This document shows, piece after piece, positions 19,179 through 28,254 of a stretch of 58,004 nucleotides of DNA. Each line of letters opens with the position of its first letter. The first letter of the stretch is position 1. The position numbers and the translations under genes are program-made. Under the pieces are notes generated by a model. The model was not told the DNA's origin, made no database searches, and worked only from the letters and a program-made list of their open reading frames with translations. Origin of the DNA: Candidatus Nanoarchaeia archaeon (GTDB lineage: Archaea; Nanobdellota; Nanobdellia; Woesearchaeales; UBA583); the NCBI GenBank assembly GCA_050292425.1, contig JBNKLP010000007.1, forward strand, positions 1-58,004, written 5' to 3'.

Positions 19179-19736
19179 TTATTTATAGGATTTAACGTTG
19201 TGCCTTTTTAGCACTTCAAGCAAGTTTTTAATAGCAACATGAACGTCCTTGTCGGATTTTGTTCCTGTACATACAATCTTCCCGTTTCCAAAGATTAGAA
19301 ATGTTGCTCCTGTCTCATCGTTAATCTTGAATACAAGTCCTGGAAATTGCTCAGGTTCGTATTCTACATTTGTTAGTTTGATTGCGATTTCGTTCAAGTC
19401 CAGTCTCATATCAATGTCTGAGGATGCAACAACATTTTCAACTCTGATTTTTGGCTTGATCTTAATTTCAATATCAACCTTTTTCATATATTCTATCAAT
19501 CTTTCTAAAGCGTATTCAGCTTCTTCAAGTGACTTTGTTCCTGTACATACAACTTTTCCTGAGGAGAAAATCAAGAATGATGCTTTAGGTTCTCTGATTT
19601 TCATAATCAGTCCTGGGAACTGCTCTGGATTGTATTCAGTGTTTGGTAAATCCATAATTAGTCTTTCCAGAGGAATCTTATGTTCAAGTGATGTTGAAAT
19701 CACAATGTTTACTATTTTTGTATTTGCTTGAGCCAT
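19179..19736 (-). CDS. tbp: TATA-box-binding protein
   Basis: Two repeats of EYxPEQFPGL..FLIFxxGKxVCTGTKS. Confidence 0.98.
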   Translation of the reverse strand: MAQANTKIVNIVISTSLEHKIPLERLIMDLPNTEYNPEQFPGLIMKIREPKASFLIFSSGKVVCTGTKSLEEAEYALERLIEYMKKVDIEIKIKPKIRVENVVASSDIDMRLDLNEIAIKLTNVEYEPEQFPGLVFKINDETGATFLIFGNGKIVCTGTKSDKDVHVAIKNLLEVLKRHNVKSYK

Positions 19737-19750
19737 TTTTATTACCTTTT

Positions 19751-20023
19751 TTATAGTCTGTCCATTAGTTCAAGAACAACGTCTCCAACCTGAGGAAGAG
19801 CTTTTAATTTTTCTTCTAGTTCTTCTGAACCATATGTTTCATCCAACTGAAGTTTGATTTTACAAGCCTGAAGTCCAAATCCAACATTGTGGGCATTTAT
19901 TTCCAGAACTTTAACTGTGTCGTTATAATTCTCTACAGTTTCCTTTGTTACTTTCTCCAATTCGGAGTACTCCACCTCACCATCTTCTGGCATTACTCTG
20001 TATACTAATATCATATCAGCCAT
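19751..20023 (-). CDS. ef1b: archaeal elongation factor 1-beta
   Basis: MADMILVYRVMPE..VGFGL..EELEEKL..MDRL; typical 90-aa aEF-1beta. Confidence 0.88.
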   Translation of the reverse strand: MADMILVYRVMPEDGEVEYSELEKVTKETVENYNDTVKVLEINAHNVGFGLQACKIKLQLDETYGSEELEEKLKALPQVGDVVLELMDRL

Positions 20024-20027
20024 TGTT

Positions 20028-20062
20028 ATTTATAAATGATTTATAAATGTAGATTTATAAAG
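20028..20062. promoter_or_regulatory. three tandem TATA-like elements
   Basis: ATTTATAAATG at 20028 and 20039, ATTTATAAAG at 20053, upstream of ef1b-tbp. Confidence 0.5.
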
Positions 20063-20123
20063 GTATCGTTTTTATTGCTTAGTGGAATATGATGTTTAAA
20101 AGTAAAAGATTTTATAATATCAT

Positions 20124-20732
20124 ATGAAGAAGAATATCTTTTCATTGATTTTACTTAGTATTTTTACTATAATATGGATTTTTCTTGCAATTAACCCATC
20201 ATATAGAACCCCTTGGATTGTAGAGAATGTTATATTAATTGTCTTTCTAGCAATTCTTATTTTATCTTACAGAAAATTCCAGTTTTCAAATATTTCATAT
20301 TTTATGATTTTTATTTTTGCAATACTTCAGACAATAGGAGCTCATTATACATATGCAGAGGTTCCTATTGGCTTCTGGCTTCAGAATATGTTTGATTTTA
20401 GTAGAAACCATTATGACAGGATTGCTCATTTCTGCTTTGGATTTTTATTGGCATATCCATTTAGGGAGTTTATGAATAGAACATCAGAACTTAGAACAAG
20501 ATTTTGGACATATTATTTCCCAGTTGAAATGGCTTTTGCATCAGGAGCAGTTTATGAGATAATTGAATGGCTATTTGCTGTTTTTTCTGGAGACCAAAAT
20601 CTAGGAGATCAATTTTTAGGACATCAGGGAGACATATGGGATGCACAAATAGATATGTTTTTAGCAGGAATTGGTGCTATGATTGCAATGGGAATAACTT
20701 ATATTTGTAATTGTTTTAAGAAGAAAAAGTAA
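20124..20732 (+). CDS. DUF2238/YjdF-family membrane protein
   Basis: IGAHYTYAEVP, RNHYDRIAHF, YEIIEW, FLGHQGDIWDAQxDM. Confidence 0.88.
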   Translation: MKKNIFSLILLSIFTIIWIFLAINPSYRTPWIVENVILIVFLAILILSYRKFQFSNISYFMIFIFAILQTIGAHYTYAEVPIGFWLQNMFDFSRNHYDRIAHFCFGFLLAYPFREFMNRTSELRTRFWTYYFPVEMAFASGAVYEIIEWLFAVFSGDQNLGDQFLGHQGDIWDAQIDMFLAGIGAMIAMGITYICNCFKKKK

Positions 20733-20734
20733 TT

Positions 20735-21130
20735 TTAATTTAATTTTTTTAATGTTTCTTTTAAAAGACAGAAATCTTTTAGATATTGTATTTTATTTTT
20801 TTTACAAAATGATTCACATTTTGAATCGTAAGAACCTGGCTGGAACCAAACTTTTTTTATACCTAATTGTTTTACTATCTCAAGGACTTGCAGGGTTATT
20901 TTTGGAGGAACAACAAAGTCAACAACATCTATGGTTTTTTTGATTTGATTTAGAGATTCATAGACTTTTATCCCCAAGATTTCAGATTCATTAGGATTAA
21001 TTGGCATTGCTTTGAAATTTACTTGTTTTAGAGCTTCTAGTATCTTATATCCGTATTTGTCTTGGTTGCTTGATGCTCCAACTATTGCATAGGTGTAATC
21101 TTTGCTAAAAAAGTTCTGTATATTTATCAT
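20735..21130 (-). CDS. CoA-binding protein (YccU-like)
   Basis: AIVGASSNQDKYG, PINP, DVVDFVVPP, VWFQPG. Confidence 0.9.
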   Translation of the reverse strand: MINIQNFFSKDYTYAIVGASSNQDKYGYKILEALKQVNFKAMPINPNESEILGIKVYESLNQIKKTIDVVDFVVPPKITLQVLEIVKQLGIKKVWFQPGSYDSKCESFCKKNKIQYLKDFCLLKETLKKLN

Positions 21131-21162
21131 AAATATGAAATTGTGAATAAGATTTATAAGAT

Positions 21163-21687
21163 TTATTCTATAAGAGGTTCAAAATCTTTATCTGAAGCCA
21201 AAATTTTCTCCCAGCTAGCAATTAATTCTTCTTGAGCAGATAATTCCTTTTTACTAATATATATCGGTTTAGTAAAATCTAATCTTTCAATAGGAACTTC
21301 TGAATCCCCATAATTTATTGATTCATTTTCATTGTCAAAACGTTCCAAATAATCTCCGATAGTATTTCCAAATAAAAATGTTGATAATGAAACATTATGA
21401 CCTGAAATATTTACATAATTTCCATCTGTAAAATAACCCTCAGATTCATGAATTATTTGAACCATCACAGATAATATATTATTTGATCTTTTTCTAATTT
21501 CAAATAGCTCTTTTGGAGATGCTTTGTGTAAGATATAATCTTTAAATTCATCATATTGCTCAGAATACCTAATAAGATGTTGATTTTTAACTTCAGAATC
21601 AAATATTTCTACTAATTTTTCTCTTGAAAAATACTCTGGATAAAAATATTCTAATTCTAAAGATGTTCTCATCTCAAGATCTAACAT
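21163..21687 (-). CDS. hypothetical protein
   Basis: ORFan; ATG 21687 chosen because TTTATAA lies about 25 nt upstream. Confidence 0.5.
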   Translation of the reverse strand: MLDLEMRTSLELEYFYPEYFSREKLVEIFDSEVKNQHLIRYSEQYDEFKDYILHKASPKELFEIRKRSNNILSVMVQIIHESEGYFTDGNYVNISGHNVSLSTFLFGNTIGDYLERFDNENESINYGDSEVPIERLDFTKPIYISKKELSAQEELIASWEKILASDKDFEPLIE

Positions 21688-21725
21688 ACAATCAAGAATG
21701 ATTATCCAGTTTATAATTATTTCTA

Positions 21726-21781
21726 TTTTGGGATAAAAAATGGTAAAAATTTTCAAAAAAATCCTAAAATTTATCCCAAAA
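21726..21781. repeat. 12-bp inverted repeat with 32-nt spacer
   Basis: TTTTGGGATAAA (21726-21737) and TTTATCCCAAAA (21770-21781). Confidence 0.6.
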
Positions 21782-21798
21782 AATAAAAAAGTTGAAAA

Positions 21799-22269
21799 TT
21801 ATTGAGAGAAAATAGATTCACGAGTCATACCATTTCCCAAATATGAAGAATTGGGAGTTAAAGTTTTGATAAAATACCAATGAACATTTTCCAAAACAGT
21901 TAAATTTCTTAAAAGAGAATCTTTAAAAACATCATCAACTTCTCCATCAACTTCTTCTATCAGAGGATATCTTGAAGTTCCCTCTAAATTAAAAGAATAC
22001 AATTTAGGATAAACTCTTACTATTCTTCCTTCCTTACTATCTTTTTCACCAACAATTGTCAAAATTCTTGAATTAATTGATTTCTCTAAAAATCTGATTT
22101 TTTTATAATTTACAGAACCTAAATAAGGAGTTATTCCTTTGATAAGAGCAGTTATTTGCGGATTATCTATTTCAAATCTAGAAATTTCACCAAATTCAGG
22201 TTTATGACTAATTCCCACAGGTTGTCCTGGATATGAACATCTAATTTTCAAATTTCCATTATCTAACAT
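21799..22269 (-). CDS. hypothetical protein
   Basis: ORFan; first ATG at 22269 (MLDNGNL). Confidence 0.5.
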   Translation of the reverse strand: MLDNGNLKIRCSYPGQPVGISHKPEFGEISRFEIDNPQITALIKGITPYLGSVNYKKIRFLEKSINSRILTIVGEKDSKEGRIVRVYPKLYSFNLEGTSRYPLIEEVDGEVDDVFKDSLLRNLTVLENVHWYFIKTLTPNSSYLGNGMTRESIFSQ

Positions 22270-22317
22270 AAGAATTGCTAATAGATTAGACTTTAAAAAT
22301 ATTATCAATAATTGAAA

Positions 22318-22779
22318 TTAGTAATTTTCGAGGTTTTTAACAAGATTTGGAATACTTTTTTTAATATAATCAACAACCCCAACTACAAACTCACTTAAAG
22401 ATGTGTCAAAAGCAAATTCAACATCGTCCATTAAATCATCTTGCTTTGAATATGCTATTTCATTGAATAAATAAGCTTTTTTGTCAAAATTCTCTTCTAC
22501 AAACTGCTTGTGTTTTTTTGTCATGCAAATTATGATGTCAAATTTATCTATAAAGGTCTGACTTAATTTTTTGTTTTTGTAATCTTCAATTACAATTCCA
22601 TATTGATTTAGTCTATCAATAGTCCAAGAATATGGAGATTCGAAAGGATGAGCAACAGTTCCTGCACTATCTATTTCATAGCCTTGCAAATTGTTTTCTT
22701 CTAAGTATTTTTTCATCAAATGATGAGCAGAGAGAGAACGAAATACATTTTGAGTGCATACGAAAAGTACTTTTTTCAT
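22318..22779 (-). CDS. low-molecular-weight protein tyrosine phosphatase family protein
   Basis: VLFVCTQNVFRS (Cx5R) P-loop, IDSAGT, DIIICM. Confidence 0.88.
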   Translation of the reverse strand: MKKVLFVCTQNVFRSLSAHHLMKKYLEENNLQGYEIDSAGTVAHPFESPYSWTIDRLNQYGIVIEDYKNKKLSQTFIDKFDIIICMTKKHKQFVEENFDKKAYLFNEIAYSKQDDLMDDVEFAFDTSLSEFVVGVVDYIKKSIPNLVKNLENY

Positions 22780-22799
22780 TTTTAGAAATAGTAAAGAGA

Positions 22800-25064
22800 T
22801 TATCCTTTTATCAAAACTCTTTTCTCAAAAGCAAGAATCTGTTTTTCAACTTGAAGCAGTTCTGGGTCTGTCTGAACATCTTTTACATATACTGCTTCAA
22901 TCTTACTTATGTAGTTTTCAATTAATGAAACGTCTGATTTGTTTGCAATCAAAGAAAATTTAGGCAGTGAATTGTAACAAGTTTTAAGGAAATTTTCTTT
23001 TAGATTGGCAGGAACATTACTGATATTTAGGAAGTAATCAACATCTTGAGCAGGATCAATGAGGAAATATTCTTCCAAAGAATCAATAAGCAAATAACAA
23101 TTTTTTACATCTGGAGAGTTGCTTGCAATAGGGAGAACATACTTGAGATTCTTGTTTCCCATGTTACTTTTATCTGTTACTAGCAAATAGATTTCTCCTC
23201 CTTGAACTTCTGAGATTGAATTCATATCAGCAAAATGATAGCTTGAAGGAACTGATGGGGGGGAGAGAATTTTTGTTGCAAGAATACCTTCATATTTTGA
23301 TACATCTTGAGGTATTTGTATCTGTGGTTGAAGTGTAGGTTGAGGCATCATAGATTGTGCTGGCTGCTCTAATGAAGGTTGAGTTGACTGCTGAGGTTCA
23401 TTGGAATACTTTTCAAGATCAGCAAATGGATCGTTTGATGTAGGTTGAACATCCTGTGATTTTACATTATCCATCACAAGTTCACTTTTGGAAAAATCTC
23501 CAAAGGAGTCTAATGGTTTTTGAGTAGGAGCTTCAGGTGGCTGGGCTGGCTGCTGAGGTTCTGCCTTTTCCTGTGGAGAAGGAGCATTCATAACGCTATC
23601 TGCAAGCATTGCAATAGCACTTTTTTTACCCTGAGAAGGTGTTGAATTTGATGGCCAATTCATATTACTATTTCCTCTTTGATTAGATGTTGACGCATTA
23701 GGAGAGGAGATTATTCCTTGCGCTAAATTTTCCACCTCAGGATTAAACGGTTCCTTTGTCTGAGGTGTGCTTAAATCAATGTTTTTAAGCTTTTCAAGGA
23801 ATTCATCTTTTTCCTTTTTACCATCATCAATAATATTAGAAAATGGATTTGCAGCTGATCTTGAAGTAAATGCTCCTTCTATTGAAAAATTCTCAAGATC
23901 AATGCTTACCTCAAGTGACTTTTGAAGAGGATTTTTGTAAAATAGTATATCAATGTCAAGAGCCTGACCCAATTTATCAAGAACTACTGCGTAAAAATTA
24001 CTATTGAAAATCAGTCCGTCAATTTGTGATAAAATCGAAAGATCCTGAAGAAGCTGCTCAATTTCCTGATCATTTCTGATTATCAAGTATTTAGGATTTG
24101 GCAGCTCATCTTCAAGATTATCCCTAAGAGTTATAAGAGACACTTTATTGTAGTTTTTTGATGATTTGTTTATTACAAATCCGTCATCTGAATTAGTGTA
24201 AATTGAGTTTTCAAGAAGGGAAAGATTTAATATTCTTAGATGTCCTTTTTTATCAAGATACATTTCAATTACTGCATCATTTATGTTTTTTGTATTGTTG
24301 TTTATTAAAACAAGATCTTCATTTGTCAAAATCTTTTCCTGAGGATTGATTTCCTGAATGGCAAGTTTTGCATGATCCCTTAGAACTGCTGTAGTTTGGG
24401 AGTTTTCAAAAAACTTGAAGTCCTCTCCAATTGAAAAATAAAATTCATTACCTGGAATGTAATCCATAGGTTTTGATTTTGAGAATCCAAATGCTGAGGA
24501 TAAAAGCAATGAACTTCCCTCCTTTTTTAGAGTGATGCTTTTGTATATCTCTTCAGTTTCGTAAATCTCAATTTGAAAGTTTTCCAATTTGTTAAGTCTG
24601 TAAAGGTTCCCACTAAATTCCAAGTATTCTTTTATCAATGATCTTATTGCACTAAGAATTGCTCCTTTTTCCTGATAGTAATGAGATAAAGAAAAATTGT
24701 CAGTTCTAAGTGTTACTGTGAATTTTGCATTCGAGACAGTACTCATAAAGTTGTAGTCCTTTAGCTGAACATCCATAACTCCATCAGATATTTTTTTAAT
24801 TGAATCCTGTATCTGTTTGTAGAGTTCATTTTTTAAAAGAGAATCAAAGACATCTGTCTCTTTTGCCTGCTTTAAGATATCAAAATAGTGCTCTGAATCT
24901 CCCGCCTGAAGATTTGAGAAAAGTTCTCGTATTTTATTGTCTTCAAATGATGTAAGAATTATTTCTTTTGTAAGAATTACTTTTTTTATATTTGAAAATT
25001 GCTTATTTAGATTGTAGTAGATTACTGATGATTCATTTCCCAATACTACCATGTTGTTGTCCAT
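22800..25064 (-). CDS. highly diverged PEP synthase (PpsA)-like protein, probably inactive, with Pro/Gln-rich linker
   Basis: Segments colinear with the PpsA nucleotide-binding domain, His domain and ATK start of the C-terminal barrel; catalytic motifs absent. Confidence 0.5.
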   Translation of the reverse strand: MDNNMVVLGNESSVIYYNLNKQFSNIKKVILTKEIILTSFEDNKIRELFSNLQAGDSEHYFDILKQAKETDVFDSLLKNELYKQIQDSIKKISDGVMDVQLKDYNFMSTVSNAKFTVTLRTDNFSLSHYYQEKGAILSAIRSLIKEYLEFSGNLYRLNKLENFQIEIYETEEIYKSITLKKEGSSLLLSSAFGFSKSKPMDYIPGNEFYFSIGEDFKFFENSQTTAVLRDHAKLAIQEINPQEKILTNEDLVLINNNTKNINDAVIEMYLDKKGHLRILNLSLLENSIYTNSDDGFVINKSSKNYNKVSLITLRDNLEDELPNPKYLIIRNDQEIEQLLQDLSILSQIDGLIFNSNFYAVVLDKLGQALDIDILFYKNPLQKSLEVSIDLENFSIEGAFTSRSAANPFSNIIDDGKKEKDEFLEKLKNIDLSTPQTKEPFNPEVENLAQGIISSPNASTSNQRGNSNMNWPSNSTPSQGKKSAIAMLADSVMNAPSPQEKAEPQQPAQPPEAPTQKPLDSFGDFSKSELVMDNVKSQDVQPTSNDPFADLEKYSNEPQQSTQPSLEQPAQSMMPQPTLQPQIQIPQDVSKYEGILATKILSPPSVPSSYHFADMNSISEVQGGEIYLLVTDKSNMGNKNLKYVLPIASNSPDVKNCYLLIDSLEEYFLIDPAQDVDYFLNISNVPANLKENFLKTCYNSLPKFSLIANKSDVSLIENYISKIEAVYVKDVQTDPELLQVEKQILAFEKRVLIKG

Positions 25065-25133
25065 AAATGATTATGACAAAATTTGTCTTTTTAAATATTT
25101 GTAGTCTAGGAAAGGAGTATTATAGAATTTGTT

Positions 25134-27035
25134 TTATTCAAAGAAATTACCAAGTTCAATTTTATATTCTTTGTTTCTATTAAGTTTCCAATGTTTTGGA
25201 AAGGACTGAGCGTATAGTGGCCAAAGAAATCTATTATCCATTAAAACCACCGCTCCCTTGTCTGTTTCTGTTCTTATACATCTTCCGGCTGCCTGAATGA
25301 TCTTTGACATTGCAGGGTAAATGTAACCATATAATTGGCCTTTTTTGAACTTCTTATCGAAATGTGCAATAACTGCATTTGTGTAGAGATCAGGAACTCC
25401 AAGAGGAAGACCAACAACTACAACCATTTCTAGGGCCTCGTTTGGCAAGTCTAATCCTTCAGCAAAGGAACCTGAAGTTATTGCAAAGAGAACTTTGGAT
25501 TTTCCTGTAAAGTCTGCCTTTTTGAATTCATCAACATATTTTTCCTTGTCCTCTTTTGTCATGTACCTTTGCTCTTTTAATATTTTTCTGTGGAGAATTG
25601 TTATTGGCAAATTGGCAAGTATCTTGTCCATGAAATCATAGCTTGGAAAGAAGATTATTGCATTTTTATCTTGTGCTGTGATTAGAAGTGATTGGGTATG
25701 GTCTGCAATTTTTTTGTACATTTGAGGAGATCTTGCAGAATATTTTGATGTTACATCATCAAGCACTAAAGTTAATTGTTGCTTTGAAGAAAAAGGAGAA
25801 TCTAATTCAAGAAGTTCAACATTTTCAATTCCTAAAATATCCTTGTACATCTGAATTGGACTTAAAGTTCCTGACATGAGAACTGAAGAGTATGTATGGT
25901 TTAAAACTTTGGATGCAATTTCTGATGGGTCAATGCAACTAATTTTTAGAGATAGAGTTGTCTTATCTGTTTTAATATCTTTTTGAAGTTGTCTTAGGTA
26001 GCTTTCCTCATCCATCTCAAGCCAGGTATTTATGAAGTTTGCAACTCTACCAACATACGAGATTACTCTTTCTTCCTTTACCAAAGCTTCAACTTTGTAC
26101 AGCTCTTCTAAGATATCTCCTAATTTTGTTCCGTTAACGAATTTTGACATAAGTACATCAACAAATTCTTTTTTTGAAATAAGATAGTCTTTTTTTTCTC
26201 CAAGAAGTTTGTCAAAGTATATATCTTCTATAGCTTGTTTTATGTTTGATATGTATGTGTCATATTTGGTTTCCTTTATGAAATCTGAGAGTTCTTTTAG
26301 AGCATTTTTTATCATTTCAGTTGAAAGTGTGTAAGTATGAGCATTTCTTATCCTATCTGGCAAATTGTGAGCCTCATCAACTATTAATATGCTCTCATCA
26401 AGTGTTCTGCCTATTTTTCCCAAAAAGTTTTCTCTTATACCTTCTGAAAACATATAATTGAAATCACAAATTACAACATCAGCTTGGAATGCTTTTTTTC
26501 CTGCAAGTTCATAAGGGCAAAAATTATTTGAACCTGCAAGCTGAGTGAATCCTTCAACAGACATAAATGAGCTTGAGGTCTCATCAATTATTGCCTTGAT
26601 TTGTTCTTCATAATCATCGTTTTTTGTATTTTTGAAGAATTTACATCTTCCAGTTTCTTTCATTTTTTTACAAAAATCATTGAAATCTTGAGGTGGATAT
26701 AAATCTCTTTCTGGATGAGTACACATCGAACGTTTTCCAATGAATGCCATATAATTAATTGGCTGTTTTGATTTTGTGTTTATGTCCTTGATTGTTTTAA
26801 TTGCCTGATTTGCCTGAGTTTGCCTTGATGTTAAATAAATTATTGTATAGTTTTTTTCTTTTGCTATTTTTAGAGCTGGTGCTAGGCCAGATATAGTTTT
26901 TCCAAGCCCTGTTGGAGCTGATACCATAATGTTTTTACAGGCAAGAATGTTTTCGTAGACTTTTTTAATGAAAATGTCCTGTTGATCTCTTACAACAGAA
27001 TAAGGAAAGTTGATTTCTTTGAAAAAGTCGTCCAT
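25134..27035 (-). CDS. xpd: XPD/Rad3/DinG-family Fe-S DNA helicase
   Basis: Q motif, APTGLGKT, four Fe-S Cys (MC, FC, RC, FCPYE), VDEAHNL, SGTLSP, FAEGLD, QAAGRCIR. Confidence 0.9.
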   Translation of the reverse strand: MDDFFKEINFPYSVVRDQQDIFIKKVYENILACKNIMVSAPTGLGKTISGLAPALKIAKEKNYTIIYLTSRQTQANQAIKTIKDINTKSKQPINYMAFIGKRSMCTHPERDLYPPQDFNDFCKKMKETGRCKFFKNTKNDDYEEQIKAIIDETSSSFMSVEGFTQLAGSNNFCPYELAGKKAFQADVVICDFNYMFSEGIRENFLGKIGRTLDESILIVDEAHNLPDRIRNAHTYTLSTEMIKNALKELSDFIKETKYDTYISNIKQAIEDIYFDKLLGEKKDYLISKKEFVDVLMSKFVNGTKLGDILEELYKVEALVKEERVISYVGRVANFINTWLEMDEESYLRQLQKDIKTDKTTLSLKISCIDPSEIASKVLNHTYSSVLMSGTLSPIQMYKDILGIENVELLELDSPFSSKQQLTLVLDDVTSKYSARSPQMYKKIADHTQSLLITAQDKNAIIFFPSYDFMDKILANLPITILHRKILKEQRYMTKEDKEKYVDEFKKADFTGKSKVLFAITSGSFAEGLDLPNEALEMVVVVGLPLGVPDLYTNAVIAHFDKKFKKGQLYGYIYPAMSKIIQAAGRCIRTETDKGAVVLMDNRFLWPLYAQSFPKHWKLNRNKEYKIELGNFFE

Positions 27036-27082
27036 ATTTAGTTAGTAGGTTGAGGACTTTATAAGAGTTTTGTGGGTGTGGA

Positions 27083-27694
27083 TTATTTGTTAGGATTTGG
27101 AAGAGATAATCTTATTCTCATTCGATATGAATTTAACCAAGACCATTGATAATCAGAAGGATGAAATACATTTGTAAGAAATCTCTCAATTGGTAATAGA
27201 CTCTCAGGAGTTCCAAAATCAAAATTCGGTTCAAAGCTTTCAGGATTATTTATTATTTCTGCAATAATATTTTTAGTATCATTTAACCATTTAATCTGAA
27301 AAATGAGATTTGAATCACTAGTATTTAATGTTTCTACCGATTGTTGAACTCTAAACTCCAATGCTTTTTTATATAAGATTCCAACTTCTTTTAGATTTCC
27401 ATAGTCAAAGAATTTATTTAAAGAAACAGATTCTCTTAGATGATGTGCAGATTTTATATAAAGATTTGATATTATCATTGAATTGAATTTATTCTGATTT
27501 GCATTTTCTTTCAAGATAGTTATCAACATTTTATAATAAACATTATGAGCAAATACTAATTTTGAGGGTTCTATTTCTGTAATCTTTGAATATATTTGGG
27601 ATTGAAATAAACTTTCCAAATCAAAGACTTTTTTTATTGAATCTTCTTTAGAAAGATAACTTTTTGCAATTTCAATTGATGGATCGTAGTTCAT
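27083..27694 (-). CDS. hypothetical protein
   Basis: 203-aa ORFan with upstream TATA-like TATATAAA. Confidence 0.5.
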   Translation of the reverse strand: MNYDPSIEIAKSYLSKEDSIKKVFDLESLFQSQIYSKITEIEPSKLVFAHNVYYKMLITILKENANQNKFNSMIISNLYIKSAHHLRESVSLNKFFDYGNLKEVGILYKKALEFRVQQSVETLNTSDSNLIFQIKWLNDTKNIIAEIINNPESFEPNFDFGTPESLLPIERFLTNVFHPSDYQWSWLNSYRMRIRLSLPNPNK

Positions 27695-27819
27695 TATAAG
27701 TTTTTGTTATGATCAATTCTATATAAATATTTTGTGTGAATTTGAACAAATTTTATTAATAATATTTTCGATGTCCCCATTTGTATAATACAAAGAATTT
27801 AATTGTAAGTTAAAATGAA

Positions 27820-28254
27820 GTGTTAGGGAGTGAAAACTTATTGGAAAGTGCTCTGACTATTGCTCAAGAAGCCAGAAACTCACTAGGAGATTTCTGCATA
27901 AGGGAGTGCAAAGCGCAATGTTGTCAAAGAGGACAGCTGCTTTTGATGACTGATAATGAAGTAAAAGCCATTGTTGGTTCTAAAAAAAATGATTATCTGA
28001 AATGTGGGATTCTTACTCCTTCAAGAAATGGATTTTTTACATATAATAGTGAAATTAAAACTTGCAAGAATTTGAAGAAGGATTTTACGTGTAAGATACA
28101 TCTGAACACATCAAGACCACTAGTTTGCAGAGACTATCCTGTGTTTTTAGTAAAAGATTATGTGATGTTTGGAAAGACTTGTCCTGCTGTTGAAAAAGGA
28201 ATGATGAAGCCTTTTGCTCAAAGGTTTAAGAAAATAGGAGTTAAGGTTATTTAA
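27820..28254 (+). CDS. YkgJ-family (CxxCxxCC) cysteine-cluster protein
   Basis: FCIRECKAQCC, C..L...CKIH..RPLVCRDYP, CPA; start codon uncertain. Confidence 0.8.
   Translation: MLGSENLLESALTIAQEARNSLGDFCIRECKAQCCQRGQLLLMTDNEVKAIVGSKKNDYLKCGILTPSRNGFFTYNSEIKTCKNLKKDFTCKIHLNTSRPLVCRDYPVFLVKDYVMFGKTCPAVEKGMMKPFAQRFKKIGVKVI

Noticed and set aside
19249-19731. 160-aa plus-strand ORF and the many similar antisense ORFs (e.g. 7591-8097, 29947-30309, 31243-31680, 32451-32888, 51192-51440)
   Set aside because: Shadow frames opposite well-supported genes, with no motifs of their own
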